NCBI GenBank assembly: GCA_041550515.1
Contig: JBFEOQ010000004.1
Location: 1,190 to 65,189, forward strand
DNA length: 64,000 bases
Source: Thermoplasmatota archaeon
Lineage (GTDB): Archaea; Thermoplasmatota; E2; DHVEG-1
Reading direction: 5' to 3'
The position numbers and the translations under genes are program-made. Of this stretch, positions 36,417 to 45,890 are shown piece by piece. How positions within the stretch are numbered: position 1 is the stretch's first letter; each line of letters begins with the position of its first letter. A model generated the notes under the pieces. That model worked only from the letters and a program-made list of their open reading frames with translations, had not been told where the DNA came from and did not search any database.

Positions 36417-39400
36417 AGGTAGGTGTTTATGTCTGTGAGTGTGGAATTAATATTGCATCTACTGTTGACGTTAAAAAAGTTGCAGAACGTGCAAAATCTC
36501 TTCCAAATGTTGCAGTTAGCCGTTTTTATAAGTATATGTGCTCTGATCCTGGACAGGAGCTTATAAAAAAGGATATCAATGAGATGAATCTTGATCGAGT
36601 TGTTGTTGCAAGTTGTTCTCCACGTATGCATGAGCCGACATTTCGAAAAGTTCTTGAAGAATCAGGAATGAATCCATATTGCCTTGAAATGATAAACATT
36701 AGAGAACAGTGTTCATGGGTTCATAAAGACCGAGAGATGGCTACTGAAAAAGCATTTGATCTTGTAAAAAGTGCTGTTCTTCATGCATCTCTTTTAAAAC
36801 CATTAGATAAGAAAGCTGTTGATGTCACTCCTGCAGCTTTAGTTATTGGTGGTGGTATTGCTGGTATACAAACAGCACTTGACATCGGACAAATGGGTTT
36901 TAAAACTTATCTTGTTGAAAAAACCCCTAGTATTGGTGGTCGTATGGCTCAACTTGATAAAACATTTCCCACTCTTGATTGCTCTGCCTGTATTTTAACT
37001 CCTAAAATGGTTGATGTCGCTCGTCATCCAAACGTTGAGCTTCTTACATATTCAGAGATTGTTGGAATCGACGGTTATGTAGGTAATTTTAATGTTAAAA
37101 TTAAAAAGAAACCACGCTACATTGATGTAGATAAATGTACTGGCTGTGGTGAATGTTTCAATGGTTGTCCGGTAGAATTGCCGAATGAGTTTGATATGGA
37201 TAAGGCCATAAGACATGCTATATATACGCCATTTCCACAAGCAGTCCCACTTAAGGCAACTATTGATAAACGTGGTATACATCCTTGTAGAGATGCCTGT
37301 CCAGCAGGAGTTGGAGCACCTGGTTATGTTACTCTTATTGGACGAGGTAAATTCTATGAGGCACTTCGAGTAATTAAAGAACGTTTGCCGTTTCCTTCTG
37401 TTTGTGGAAGAGTATGCCATAGACCATGTGAGAAAACTTGTACACGTAAAGATATTGATGAGCCTCTTGGGATAGCTCACCTAAAAAGATTTGTTGGTGA
37501 TTTAGAACTTAATATACCAGCTATGGAAGTTCCTCCAATTGAAACTAAAGCAGAAAGTGTTGCGATTATTGGTGGTGGACCTGCAGGTCTTACTGCTGCT
37601 CATGACCTTGCATTAAAAGGATATCACGCAACAGTTTTTGAAGCAGCACCAGTACTTGGCGGTATGATGAGATGGGGTATTCCTGCTTTTCGTTTACCTA
37701 AAGAAATCATTGAACGTGAGATATCTGATATTCTAGCTCTTGGTGTAAGAGTTCAACTTAACACAAAGCTTGGGAGAGATTTCACTATTCCGGATTTATT
37801 TAAACGTGGTCATAAAGCTATTTTCCTTGCTGTTGGAGCACAACTTGGTAAAAAAATGACTATTCCCGGTGAGGAATTAAATGGTGTATTTCAAGCAATT
37901 GACTTTTTAAAGGAATTAAATCTTGGAAAGATAATCTCAACACCAATTGCAGAAATTGATGATGATCTTTGTATCGGGTGTGGAAAATGCGCAGAAGTAT
38001 GTTACTATGGAATAATTCATTTAATACCAGATGAACTTGATCCTAACAAGAAATATCCCACAATTCATAAGAAATACTTATGTAAAGGTTGTGGTAAATG
38101 CGCCTTTGTTTGTCCATCAAAAGCAATTAAATTAAGTGGGTTCAAAAATATTGCTCCAAAAATTGGAAAGAAAGTAATGGTTATAGGTGGAGGAAACGCT
38201 GCACTTGACACTGCAAGATCTGCATTACGTTTAGGCGCAGATGATGTTGCTATTTTATATCGCCGATCACGTGAAGAAATGCCTGCAGAACCTGATTGGG
38301 AGATTGATGAAACTCAAGCTGAAGGCGTACGACTTGTTTATCTTATTGCTCCAACAAAAATCGTAAGTGATGATAAAGGAAATGTTAAAGGAATTGAATG
38401 CATCAGAATGGAGTTGTTAGATGAGCTTGATAATAGTGGTAGACGAAAAATAAAATCAATTCCTAAATCTGAGTTTATTATCAATTGTGATAGTGTAATT
38501 CTTGCTATTGGCCAAGAGGTAGACACAGATATATTATCAAAGGATGTAAAATTAGAAGTGACACCCTGGAGTTCAAAGAGAGTTGATCCTCTTTCATTTC
38601 CGAAAAATGGGTTTGATGATATAGAATTAACTCCTTGGAGTACAATTCACGCTGATTCATTGACATTGGAAACCAATATTAAAGGTGTTTTTTCAGGTGG
38701 TGATGCAGTATGGGGTGCTGGAACCATAATAGAAGCTATTAGTGCTGGAAAAGAAGCCGCAGAATCAATTGATAGATATCTATCTGGTAAAGATCTGAGA
38801 GAAGGTCGTGAAGAGAAACCCGAAATTGCAGAACCATCTATAGAGGGTGTAAAAAAGAAAGTAAAAATTCCTATGAAATATATAGATCTTAAAGATAGAA
38901 AAAACAATTTCAAAGAAGTTGAATTAGGTTATTCTGAAGAAGAAGCAATTGAAGAGGCTAGACGTTGTTTAGATTGTGGTGGTTGCTCTGAATGTTTTGA
39001 ATGTGTTCAGACCTGTGAAGCTGGTGCAATTGATCATAATGCAAAACCTGAGATAATTGATGTAAAAGTTGGAGCTATTGTTGTTGCAACAGGTTTTGAT
39101 CTTTTTGATCCACTAGCAAAACCAGAATATGGATATGGTAAATACAAGAATGTGATTACTGGTTTAGAATTTGAAAGACTTGTTTCTGCATCAGGACCTA
39201 CAAGTGGACATATTGAGATTAAAGGTAAAGAACCTAAAAATGTTGTTTTCATCCAATGTGTTGGATCACGTGATAAAAAAACTAACGAATATTGTTCTCG
39301 TGTTTGTTGTATGTATACTGCTAAACAAGCTCATCTTGTTAAAGAGAAAATACCTGATTCAAATCTAGTTTTGTATTATACTGATATGAGAGCTTTTGGT

Positions 39401-40051
39401 AAAGGTTTTGAAGAGTTTTATAACAGAGTAAAAGGTGAAGGTATTACTTATAGACGTAGAAATCTTGATGATCCAATTGAAGTAAAGATGATAGATGGAA
39501 AGACTATAGTTAAAGCTAAAGGTCATCCTGATGTGCAAGCTGATCTTGTTATTCTTGCAACAGGTATTATCCCACGTAAAGATTCAAAAGATTTAGCAAG
39601 ATTACTGAATATTAATCAAAGTTCAGATGGTTTTCTTTTAGAGGCTCATCCAAAGCTTAAACCAGTTGATACATTTACCGATGGTATTTTCCTTGCAGGT
39701 TGTTGTCAAAGTCCAAAGGATGTACCAGATACTGTTGCACAAGCCAGTGGTGCTGCATCTAGAGCATGTGATATTATTTCTAAAAAACAGTTATTAATTG
39801 AAGCAACGATTGCAAATGTTAATGAGGATTTATGCCGTGGCTGCGGCATTTGTGTTGAGTCATGTCCATATAAAGCAATTGAATTAAAAGAAGTTGATCG
39901 CAATGGACATAAGATACTTATAGTTACTGTAAATGAAGCTTTATGTAAAGGATGTGGTTCTTGTTCCGCTGCATGTTTGAATAGTGCAATTGGTCATCTA
40001 GGTTTTACCGATAGTCAAATCCTTGCTATGATCAAGGCTTTAGGAGAATGA
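36413..40051 (+). CDS. HdrA with a nested GltD/NfnB-like NAD(P)H:FAD oxidoreductase module (HdrL-like)
   Basis: 1212 aa from ATG 36413, in a 4-nt ATGA overlap with the preceding hdrA stop (the track ORF from 36317 is an out-of-context extension). HdrA motifs flank a roughly 560-aa insert carrying PFPSVCGRVCHRPCEKTC, VAIIGGGPAGLTAAHDL, VMVIGGGNAALDTA and GVFSGGDAVWG. Confidence 0.85.
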   Translation: MKVGVYVCECGINIASTVDVKKVAERAKSLPNVAVSRFYKYMCSDPGQELIKKDINEMNLDRVVVASCSPRMHEPTFRKVLEESGMNPYCLEMINIREQCSWVHKDREMATEKAFDLVKSAVLHASLLKPLDKKAVDVTPAALVIGGGIAGIQTALDIGQMGFKTYLVEKTPSIGGRMAQLDKTFPTLDCSACILTPKMVDVARHPNVELLTYSEIVGIDGYVGNFNVKIKKKPRYIDVDKCTGCGECFNGCPVELPNEFDMDKAIRHAIYTPFPQAVPLKATIDKRGIHPCRDACPAGVGAPGYVTLIGRGKFYEALRVIKERLPFPSVCGRVCHRPCEKTCTRKDIDEPLGIAHLKRFVGDLELNIPAMEVPPIETKAESVAIIGGGPAGLTAAHDLALKGYHATVFEAAPVLGGMMRWGIPAFRLPKEIIEREISDILALGVRVQLNTKLGRDFTIPDLFKRGHKAIFLAVGAQLGKKMTIPGEELNGVFQAIDFLKELNLGKIISTPIAEIDDDLCIGCGKCAEVCYYGIIHLIPDELDPNKKYPTIHKKYLCKGCGKCAFVCPSKAIKLSGFKNIAPKIGKKVMVIGGGNAALDTARSALRLGADDVAILYRRSREEMPAEPDWEIDETQAEGVRLVYLIAPTKIVSDDKGNVKGIECIRMELLDELDNSGRRKIKSIPKSEFIINCDSVILAIGQEVDTDILSKDVKLEVTPWSSKRVDPLSFPKNGFDDIELTPWSTIHADSLTLETNIKGVFSGGDAVWGAGTIIEAISAGKEAAESIDRYLSGKDLREGREEKPEIAEPSIEGVKKKVKIPMKYIDLKDRKNNFKEVELGYSEEEAIEEARRCLDCGGCSECFECVQTCEAGAIDHNAKPEIIDVKVGAIVVATGFDLFDPLAKPEYGYGKYKNVITGLEFERLVSASGPTSGHIEIKGKEPKNVVFIQCVGSRDKKTNEYCSRVCCMYTAKQAHLVKEKIPDSNLVLYYTDMRAFGKGFEEFYNRVKGEGITYRRRNLDDPIEVKMIDGKTIVKAKGHPDVQADLVILATGIIPRKDSKDLARLLNINQSSDGFLLEAHPKLKPVDTFTDGIFLAGCCQSPKDVPDTVAQASGAASRACDIISKKQLLIEATIANVNEDLCRGCGICVESCPYKAIELKEVDRNGHKILIVTVNEALCKGCGSCSAACLNSAIGHLGFTDSQILAMIKALGE

Positions 40052-40074
40052 AATAAAAAAGGAGGTATTGAAAA

Positions 40075-40554
40075 ATGGGTATTGATTTTAATGCAGATGA
40101 AGTTTTTGAAATGGCCGAACAAATCGAAAGAAATGGTGCAAAATTCTACAGATCAACAGCTGAAAAAATTAAAGAAACTAATAAAAAACAACTTTTAGCA
40201 AATCTAGCAAAAATGGAGGATGAACATGAAAAAACATTTAGAGTATTAAGATCTGAACTTTCCACTGATGAAAAAATTCAAACAACTTTTGATCCTGAAG
40301 GAGATTCAGAACGTTATCTACGTGCGCTTGCAGATACTAGGGTTTTTTATGAAAAAGAGGTTATCCCTACATCGTTGGAAGATATTCTCAAATTTGCTAT
40401 TACCATCGAAAAGGATTCAATAGTTTTCTACTTAGGTTTAAAAGATATTGTTCCAGTGCATCTTGGTAAACAAAAACTTGATGATATTATAAAAGAAGAA
40501 ATGGGTCATATTCGCCTTCTTAGTAAGGAATTAATCGAACTCAATAAATATTGA
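40075..40554 (+). CDS. rubrerythrin/ferritin-like di-iron four-helix-bundle protein
   Basis: 159 aa with two ExxH motifs (MEDEHEKTF, KEEMGHIRL) and paired upstream Glu residues (MAEQIERNGAKFY, IEKDSIVFY). Confidence 0.65.
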   Translation: MGIDFNADEVFEMAEQIERNGAKFYRSTAEKIKETNKKQLLANLAKMEDEHEKTFRVLRSELSTDEKIQTTFDPEGDSERYLRALADTRVFYEKEVIPTSLEDILKFAITIEKDSIVFYLGLKDIVPVHLGKQKLDDIIKEEMGHIRLLSKELIELNKY

Positions 40555-40602
40555 TTTAATAGGAAAATTTAGGTAATAATAAAATAATATGATGTATGAA
40601 TT

Positions 40603-42030
40603 ATGTTAAAAGAAATGTTAAAAGATTTGAAAAAGTTGAATGGAGAGAATTTCAAAACAGATACAGCTGTATGTTATTCTTATTCTTCAGATGCAAGTAT
40701 TTACCGACATTTACCTGATGCAGTTGTACGTCCAAAGAATACAAAAAATATTGTTGATATTGTTAGACTTGCGAATAAATATAAGATACCATTAATCCCT
40801 AGAGGTGGAGGTACTGGACTTTGTGGAGGTGCTGTTGCTATAAACGGAGGCATCATTATTGATATGCAGTACATGAATAAAGTAAAAGAAATTCAACCTG
40901 AAAATTTATATTGTATAGTCGAACCAGGTGTTATATATGACGAATTAAATCGCCAATTAAAAAACTATAAATATACATTTCCAGGATCTCCAGGTAGTGG
41001 AGAAGCAGCAACTATTGGAGGTATGGTTGCAACTAATGCATCAGGTATGCGAGCTGTAAAATATGGTGCTACTCGTGATTATGTTCTTGGTTTGGAAATT
41101 GTCCTTCCTACAGGAGAAATTATGAAATGTGGTACGCATACCTTGAAAAACAGTAGTGGTTATCAAATTGAAAAGTTAATAGTTGGTTCTGAAGGTACTT
41201 TGGGAATAATCACAGAAATTACCTTAAAAATCATTCCATTACCAAAGAGCCAGATAACTGCACTTGTAACATTTGATGAATTGGTATCTGCAGGTCAAGC
41301 AATCTCAAATATTATTGCATATCCAATTATTCCATCTTCAATGGAGATAATGGATAGTTTGAGTATTGTTGCAGTAAACAAAGGAACTGATGCAAAACTT
41401 CCAGATGTTGAAGCAATACTTATTATCGAGTGTGATGGACCCATCGAAGAAGTTCGTCGAGAAATGTCTATTGTCGAAAAAATATGTAGAGAAAGTGGAG
41501 CGAGAGATATAACTATATCTGAAAAACCAGAAGTATTTAATAAATGGCATAAAGCACGAAAATCTGTTTTACCTGCATTAGGAAAATATCGCCCGGATTT
41601 GAAGATTGTTTCTTTAGTCGATGACATGGCAGTTCCAATTTCAAAGATTGCCCAGTTGATTATAGCTATTAAGAAGATAAGTAAAAATAACAATATTCTA
41701 ATCACTACATATGGACATGCAAGTGACGGTAACCTTCATTCAAAAGTCTTACTCGATCCAACCAATAAAGATGATTGGAAACGAGCTGAAATAACCGTTA
41801 AACAAGTATATGATGCTGTTTTGAAATTAGATGGCACAGTTTCTGGTGAACATGGTGTGGGGATATCAAAAGCTCCCTTTATGATAAAAGAAAGGAAAAA
41901 TGCTATAGGTACTATGAAAGCAATAAAAAAAGTATTTGATCCAAATAATATTATGAATCCCGGGAAAACGTTTGAATGGGATAAAGAATATATTATTACA
42001 AATCTTCGATATCCTGCAAAGGTGGACTAA
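40603..42030 (+). CDS. FAD-linked oxidase, GlcD / D-lactate dehydrogenase family
   Basis: 475 aa with PRGGGTGLCGGAV and the C-terminal GTVSGEHGVGISK...DPNNIMNPGK. Confidence 0.85.
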   Translation: MLKEMLKDLKKLNGENFKTDTAVCYSYSSDASIYRHLPDAVVRPKNTKNIVDIVRLANKYKIPLIPRGGGTGLCGGAVAINGGIIIDMQYMNKVKEIQPENLYCIVEPGVIYDELNRQLKNYKYTFPGSPGSGEAATIGGMVATNASGMRAVKYGATRDYVLGLEIVLPTGEIMKCGTHTLKNSSGYQIEKLIVGSEGTLGIITEITLKIIPLPKSQITALVTFDELVSAGQAISNIIAYPIIPSSMEIMDSLSIVAVNKGTDAKLPDVEAILIIECDGPIEEVRREMSIVEKICRESGARDITISEKPEVFNKWHKARKSVLPALGKYRPDLKIVSLVDDMAVPISKIAQLIIAIKKISKNNNILITTYGHASDGNLHSKVLLDPTNKDDWKRAEITVKQVYDAVLKLDGTVSGEHGVGISKAPFMIKERKNAIGTMKAIKKVFDPNNIMNPGKTFEWDKEYIITNLRYPAKVD

Positions 42031-42031
42031 C

Positions 42032-43213
42032 ATGGTTCCAAATATTAAAGGTGATAAGTTAAAAGAGTTTTTTGATCAAACGATGTTATGCACCTCGTGT
42101 GGATATTGTAAGTCGGTTTGTCCAACCTTCAAATCAACTCTTTGGGAAAATAATTCTGCACGCTCAAAAATTATGTTAGCCTATGGTCTTATTAAGGGAG
42201 AAATTAAACCTGATGATTCAATAGTTCAATCCATTTTTGAATGTACAGGATGCGAAGATTGCATGAGAAGATGCCCATCGAAAGTAGAAACTATTAAAAT
42301 AATTATGGCGACTAGAAGCGAGCTTGCTAACCTAAATTTAATACCTGATAATATAAGAATTGCTTTAGATAATATAAAAAAATCAGGTAATCCATTAGGG
42401 GAACTAAAAGAAAAACGCATTGATTTTATTCCAGAAAAAGCTAAAAAAAGAATTGGAAAAGGCGCTGAAGTTTTACTTTACCTTGGGTGTACAACCTCAT
42501 TCCAAGAAATGAAAATGGCAAAAAGTATCTTTGAAGTTATGGAACGTAGTGGTATTGATTATACATTTTTAGGGAAAGAAGAACCATGTTGCGGATTCTT
42601 GAATTATCTTTCAGGATATAATATAATGGAATTTGGTAAACAAATGATAAAAGCAATGAATACACTTAAACTAAAACCAAAAACAATTGTGACATCATGC
42701 CCAGGATGTTTTAGAACATTTAATATTATTTATCCGAAAGAAGGTGTATACTTAGATGTTAATGTTAAACATATTACTGAATTCCTTAAAGAACTTATAG
42801 AAAATGGAAATCTCATCGTAAGTAAAAAATTGGAAGGTAAAGTATTATATCATGATCCTTGTGATCTTGGAAGAAATTGTAATTATTATGATCAACCAAG
42901 AAAATTATTATCCCATTTCACTGATGTCCAGGAATTTGAATACAATAGAGATGAGGCGCATTGCTGTGGTGGTGGAGGAGGTCTTCAATCAACAAATTAT
43001 GCATTAACAACCGATATTGCTAAAAAAAGAATAAAAGAAGCATTAGATTTGAACGCGGATATGATTGTAACAGCTTGTCCTGCATGTAAATCAACATTAT
43101 TAAATGCAGCATTTGAGATGAGGGCAGAGTTTGGAAAAAAGATAAAAATAAAAGATATAGTTGAGATTGTTGAACGAAATACTATTAAAAAGGATTCTGC
43201 CTTTTCTACTTGA
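42032..43213 (+). CDS. Fe-S oxidoreductase, GlcF / HdrD-like (2x[4Fe-4S] plus two CCG domains)
   Basis: 393 aa from ATG 42032, 1 nt after the glcD-like stop. It has CTSCGYCKSVCP and CTGCEDCMRRCP, with CCG motifs EPCCGFLN and AHCCGGGGGLQ. Confidence 0.85.
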   Translation: MVPNIKGDKLKEFFDQTMLCTSCGYCKSVCPTFKSTLWENNSARSKIMLAYGLIKGEIKPDDSIVQSIFECTGCEDCMRRCPSKVETIKIIMATRSELANLNLIPDNIRIALDNIKKSGNPLGELKEKRIDFIPEKAKKRIGKGAEVLLYLGCTTSFQEMKMAKSIFEVMERSGIDYTFLGKEEPCCGFLNYLSGYNIMEFGKQMIKAMNTLKLKPKTIVTSCPGCFRTFNIIYPKEGVYLDVNVKHITEFLKELIENGNLIVSKKLEGKVLYHDPCDLGRNCNYYDQPRKLLSHFTDVQEFEYNRDEAHCCGGGGGLQSTNYALTTDIAKKRIKEALDLNADMIVTACPACKSTLLNAAFEMRAEFGKKIKIKDIVEIVERNTIKKDSAFST

Positions 43214-43405
43214 TTAATTATATGTAATGTCTATTGGAAGAAATAATTATTCTTTCTATCAGGAAGCTTAAAACCAAAGTTTTTTGTTTTAGACTATTAA
43301 ATTTAAAGCTTTCTTCGGAGGAGTTTTTCATATTTAAAATATGTATATTTTCTAAAAATAAATTTATTAATAAGAAGAAAAAGTTATTTATTTAATTATT
43401 GCGTT

Positions 43406-44101
43406 TTATAGGTCTCTAGAAAAAGCTCCTGTTAACATCGCATATTCTTCAAAATCTTCAACCCAGTCAAAATCCTTATCGATTTCACTCTCGTCCATTT
43501 TCTTTGCACTTTCAGCAAGATGCTTCTGCTGTTCTTCGATTAATTTTTCAAGAGAGGCAAATCGTTTAGCTTTGATTACAGGGTAAAGTAAAATCGTGTC
43601 TGGTCCTTCAAGGCTCCGAATCTTATTTCTTACAAAATCCATAGCAGTTTGTTTACTATCTGCAGCGATATTCATTACAATATCTTCATCTCCAAGAGAA
43701 TAAGAGATATATATTGGGAATAGATTATTTGGATATTTATATTTAATCAAATAATCATAAATATTTTTATAATATTTGGCATGTGTATAAATACGAATTA
43801 CATATCGTTGAATATTTTTTGGTCTATTTTTAGGAATTGGAAAAAATATTGGTTTCATTAATGAAATTGTACTAGAGTGATGGCATTCTTCACAATTAGA
43901 GAGACTTTCTGTGACGAAATGAGCGATGTCATCTACTTCTTTCACATCAAAAATAATTGCTACACTCATCATACCTTCTGCTTGTGTTGCATACAAAGGT
44001 GTTACATATTTAGTAGTTTCTTCTTTTATTACGTTTTTTTCAACAAAATCCCATATTTTACTAAGATCACTTTTTGGGGCTAATCTCACAATAATCATCA
44101 T
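43406..44101 (-). CDS. hypothetical protein, possibly two AsnC/RAM-like small-ligand-binding domains plus an acidic tail
   Basis: 231-aa ORF with GGAGGT upstream. There are two roughly 80-aa beta-alpha-like halves (IIVRLAP...VAIIFDV...; YVIRIYT...VMNIAAD...). The domain call is by eye only. Confidence 0.4.
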   Translation of the reverse strand: MMIIVRLAPKSDLSKIWDFVEKNVIKEETTKYVTPLYATQAEGMMSVAIIFDVKEVDDIAHFVTESLSNCEECHHSSTISLMKPIFFPIPKNRPKNIQRYVIRIYTHAKYYKNIYDYLIKYKYPNNLFPIYISYSLGDEDIVMNIAADSKQTAMDFVRNKIRSLEGPDTILLYPVIKAKRFASLEKLIEEQQKHLAESAKKMDESEIDKDFDWVEDFEEYAMLTGAFSRDL

Positions 44102-44263
44102 AGAATATAACCTCCGAATTTCCCTATAAATTGATTTAATCCGTATTAGTAATTATAATATAAGTAGTTTTTGTAAAAACAATAAAGAATTCTCCCTATA
44201 AAAAGTATTTTTTAAAAACAAACATTTTGATAAAAAATTTATAAATTTTAAAAATGATTCAAT

Positions 44264-44638
44264 TTAAATAATGGATTGTTTTTTTATTGTTTTTGTTGCA
44301 ACAATATCAACATCACTATTTAAAACATTTTTAATAATAATCTGACCTGATGCTACAGGAGCATTAATTGTAATTTTTTTAATTTGTCTAAGAATCGGAA
44401 ATAATTTATCCTTTGGTACTGGTCTAGTACTTTTTACACTAACTAGAGGCCATTCTCCACCTTTTACTAATACCGATGTTGTTAACATTCTCCTCGGATC
44501 AAGAGCTTCACTTTTTGCATATTCAATCCCTTTTTTACATATATTTTCCTCTGTTACTATAATTTGCTTTCCATCTATTTTTACGAATATCTTGCAACCA
44601 ATTGGACATATTATACAAGTGATTTTATTTTCATCCAT
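44264..44638 (-). CDS. DUF1667-family small Cys protein (third subunit of G3P-dehydrogenase-like modules)
   Basis: 124 aa with N-terminal CIICPIGC. It has an 8-nt overlap with the upstream oxidoreductase gene. Confidence 0.7.
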   Translation of the reverse strand: MDENKITCIICPIGCKIFVKIDGKQIIVTEENICKKGIEYAKSEALDPRRMLTTSVLVKGGEWPLVSVKSTRPVPKDKLFPILRQIKKITINAPVASGQIIIKNVLNSDVDIVATKTIKKQSII

Positions 44639-45890
44639 CGAGTTTAACCTCTAAATTATCTGACGATTTTATTAAATTTTTATCTATTATAAAATTAAAT
44701 TTAATCATATTAGAAGGAGTTACATACCGAAACTTTTTCTTAAAAATTTCTTTATCTAAATTAATTATACGTAATGTAGTATTCTTTTTAGGTTTTTCAA
44801 CTCTTAATCTGAAATTTACTTTACCAGATTTGGTTACTCTTTGAGGAATTAAATATCTAATTCCCTTGCCTGGAATGATTTTTATATATTTACCATTATC
44901 AGGTATTTTCTTTTTTTTTGAAATTGCATATTCTGCAGCATACGAACCAGTTTTTTTAGAATCTCTTGATAGAGAATCAACGATATCATACACATGAAGA
45001 CAATTACCACAAGCAAAAACTCCTGATAACGAAGTTTCAAAAAATTGATTGACTACCGGACCACCTGTTATATCATCAATTATAATTCCAACATTTTTTG
45101 ATAATTCATTTTCAGGTATCAAACCAAGTGAAAGAAGAAGAGTGTCACATTTAATTTTTTTTTCAGTTCCAGGAATAATTCTCGTTTTTTCATCTACTTG
45201 CGAGACAGTAACACTTTCAAGTCGTTCTTTTCCCTGTATTAGCACAATAGTATGATTCAACATAAGAGATATACCATAATCATCAAGACATTGGACAATA
45301 TTTCTTGGAAGACCACTTGGATTAGGTAAAAATTCTATAACACCTAAAACGTTTGCACCTTCTAATTTTAAACGACGTGCCATGATTAATCCTACATCGC
45401 CAGATCCAAGAACAACTATATTTCTTCCAACCATTACATTATAAAGATTAATGAACGCCTGTGCTACACCAGCTGTGTAAATACCACTAGGTCTATCACC
45501 TGGAATCATAGCAGCCCATCTTGTTTTTTCTCGACAACCCATAGCAAGAACAATAGCTTTAGCTTTGATTTTATGCAATCCTTTTTTATTAATAGCAGTT
45601 ATTTCTTTTTTATTATTAAAATTAAAAACCATTGTTTCATTCAAAAGTTGTATATCTTTTTTTTCGGCTTTTTTAATGTAAAGTTCTGCGTATTCAGGAC
45701 CAGTTATTGATTTTCCAGTTTCCTCAACACCAAAACCGTCATGAATACATTGTGGAAGAATACCTCCCAACCAATTATTTCTATCGATAACTATAACGTA
45801 TTTAGCACCGTTTTCTTTTGCAGATATCGCTGCAGATAAACCTGCTGGTCCCCCACCGATAACGGCGACATCCACATCCCAATCACTCAT
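44631..45890 (-). CDS. FAD-dependent pyridine nucleotide-disulfide oxidoreductase
   Basis: Starts at ATG 45890 (GAGAGGT upstream) with MSDWDVDVAVIGGGPAGLSAA. A second Rossmann motif is VVLGSGDVGLIMA, and GVFACGN lies near the C-terminus. Confidence 0.8.
   Translation of the reverse strand: MSDWDVDVAVIGGGPAGLSAAISAKENGAKYVIVIDRNNWLGGILPQCIHDGFGVEETGKSITGPEYAELYIKKAEKKDIQLLNETMVFNFNNKKEITAINKKGLHKIKAKAIVLAMGCREKTRWAAMIPGDRPSGIYTAGVAQAFINLYNVMVGRNIVVLGSGDVGLIMARRLKLEGANVLGVIEFLPNPSGLPRNIVQCLDDYGISLMLNHTIVLIQGKERLESVTVSQVDEKTRIIPGTEKKIKCDTLLLSLGLIPENELSKNVGIIIDDITGGPVVNQFFETSLSGVFACGNCLHVYDIVDSLSRDSKKTGSYAAEYAISKKKKIPDNGKYIKIIPGKGIRYLIPQRVTKSGKVNFRLRVEKPKKNTTLRIINLDKEIFKKKFRYVTPSNMIKFNFIIDKNLIKSSDNLEVKLDG

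Noticed and set aside
23204-40051. Possible selenocysteine (in-frame TGA) in hdrA, mvhD or mvhA, as in some methanogens and sulfate reducers.
   Set aside because: All these genes are continuous ORFs with Cys at the expected motif positions (for example DPCFACATH and YCSRVCCMY). No gene is split by a TGA, so nothing suggests Sec recoding here.
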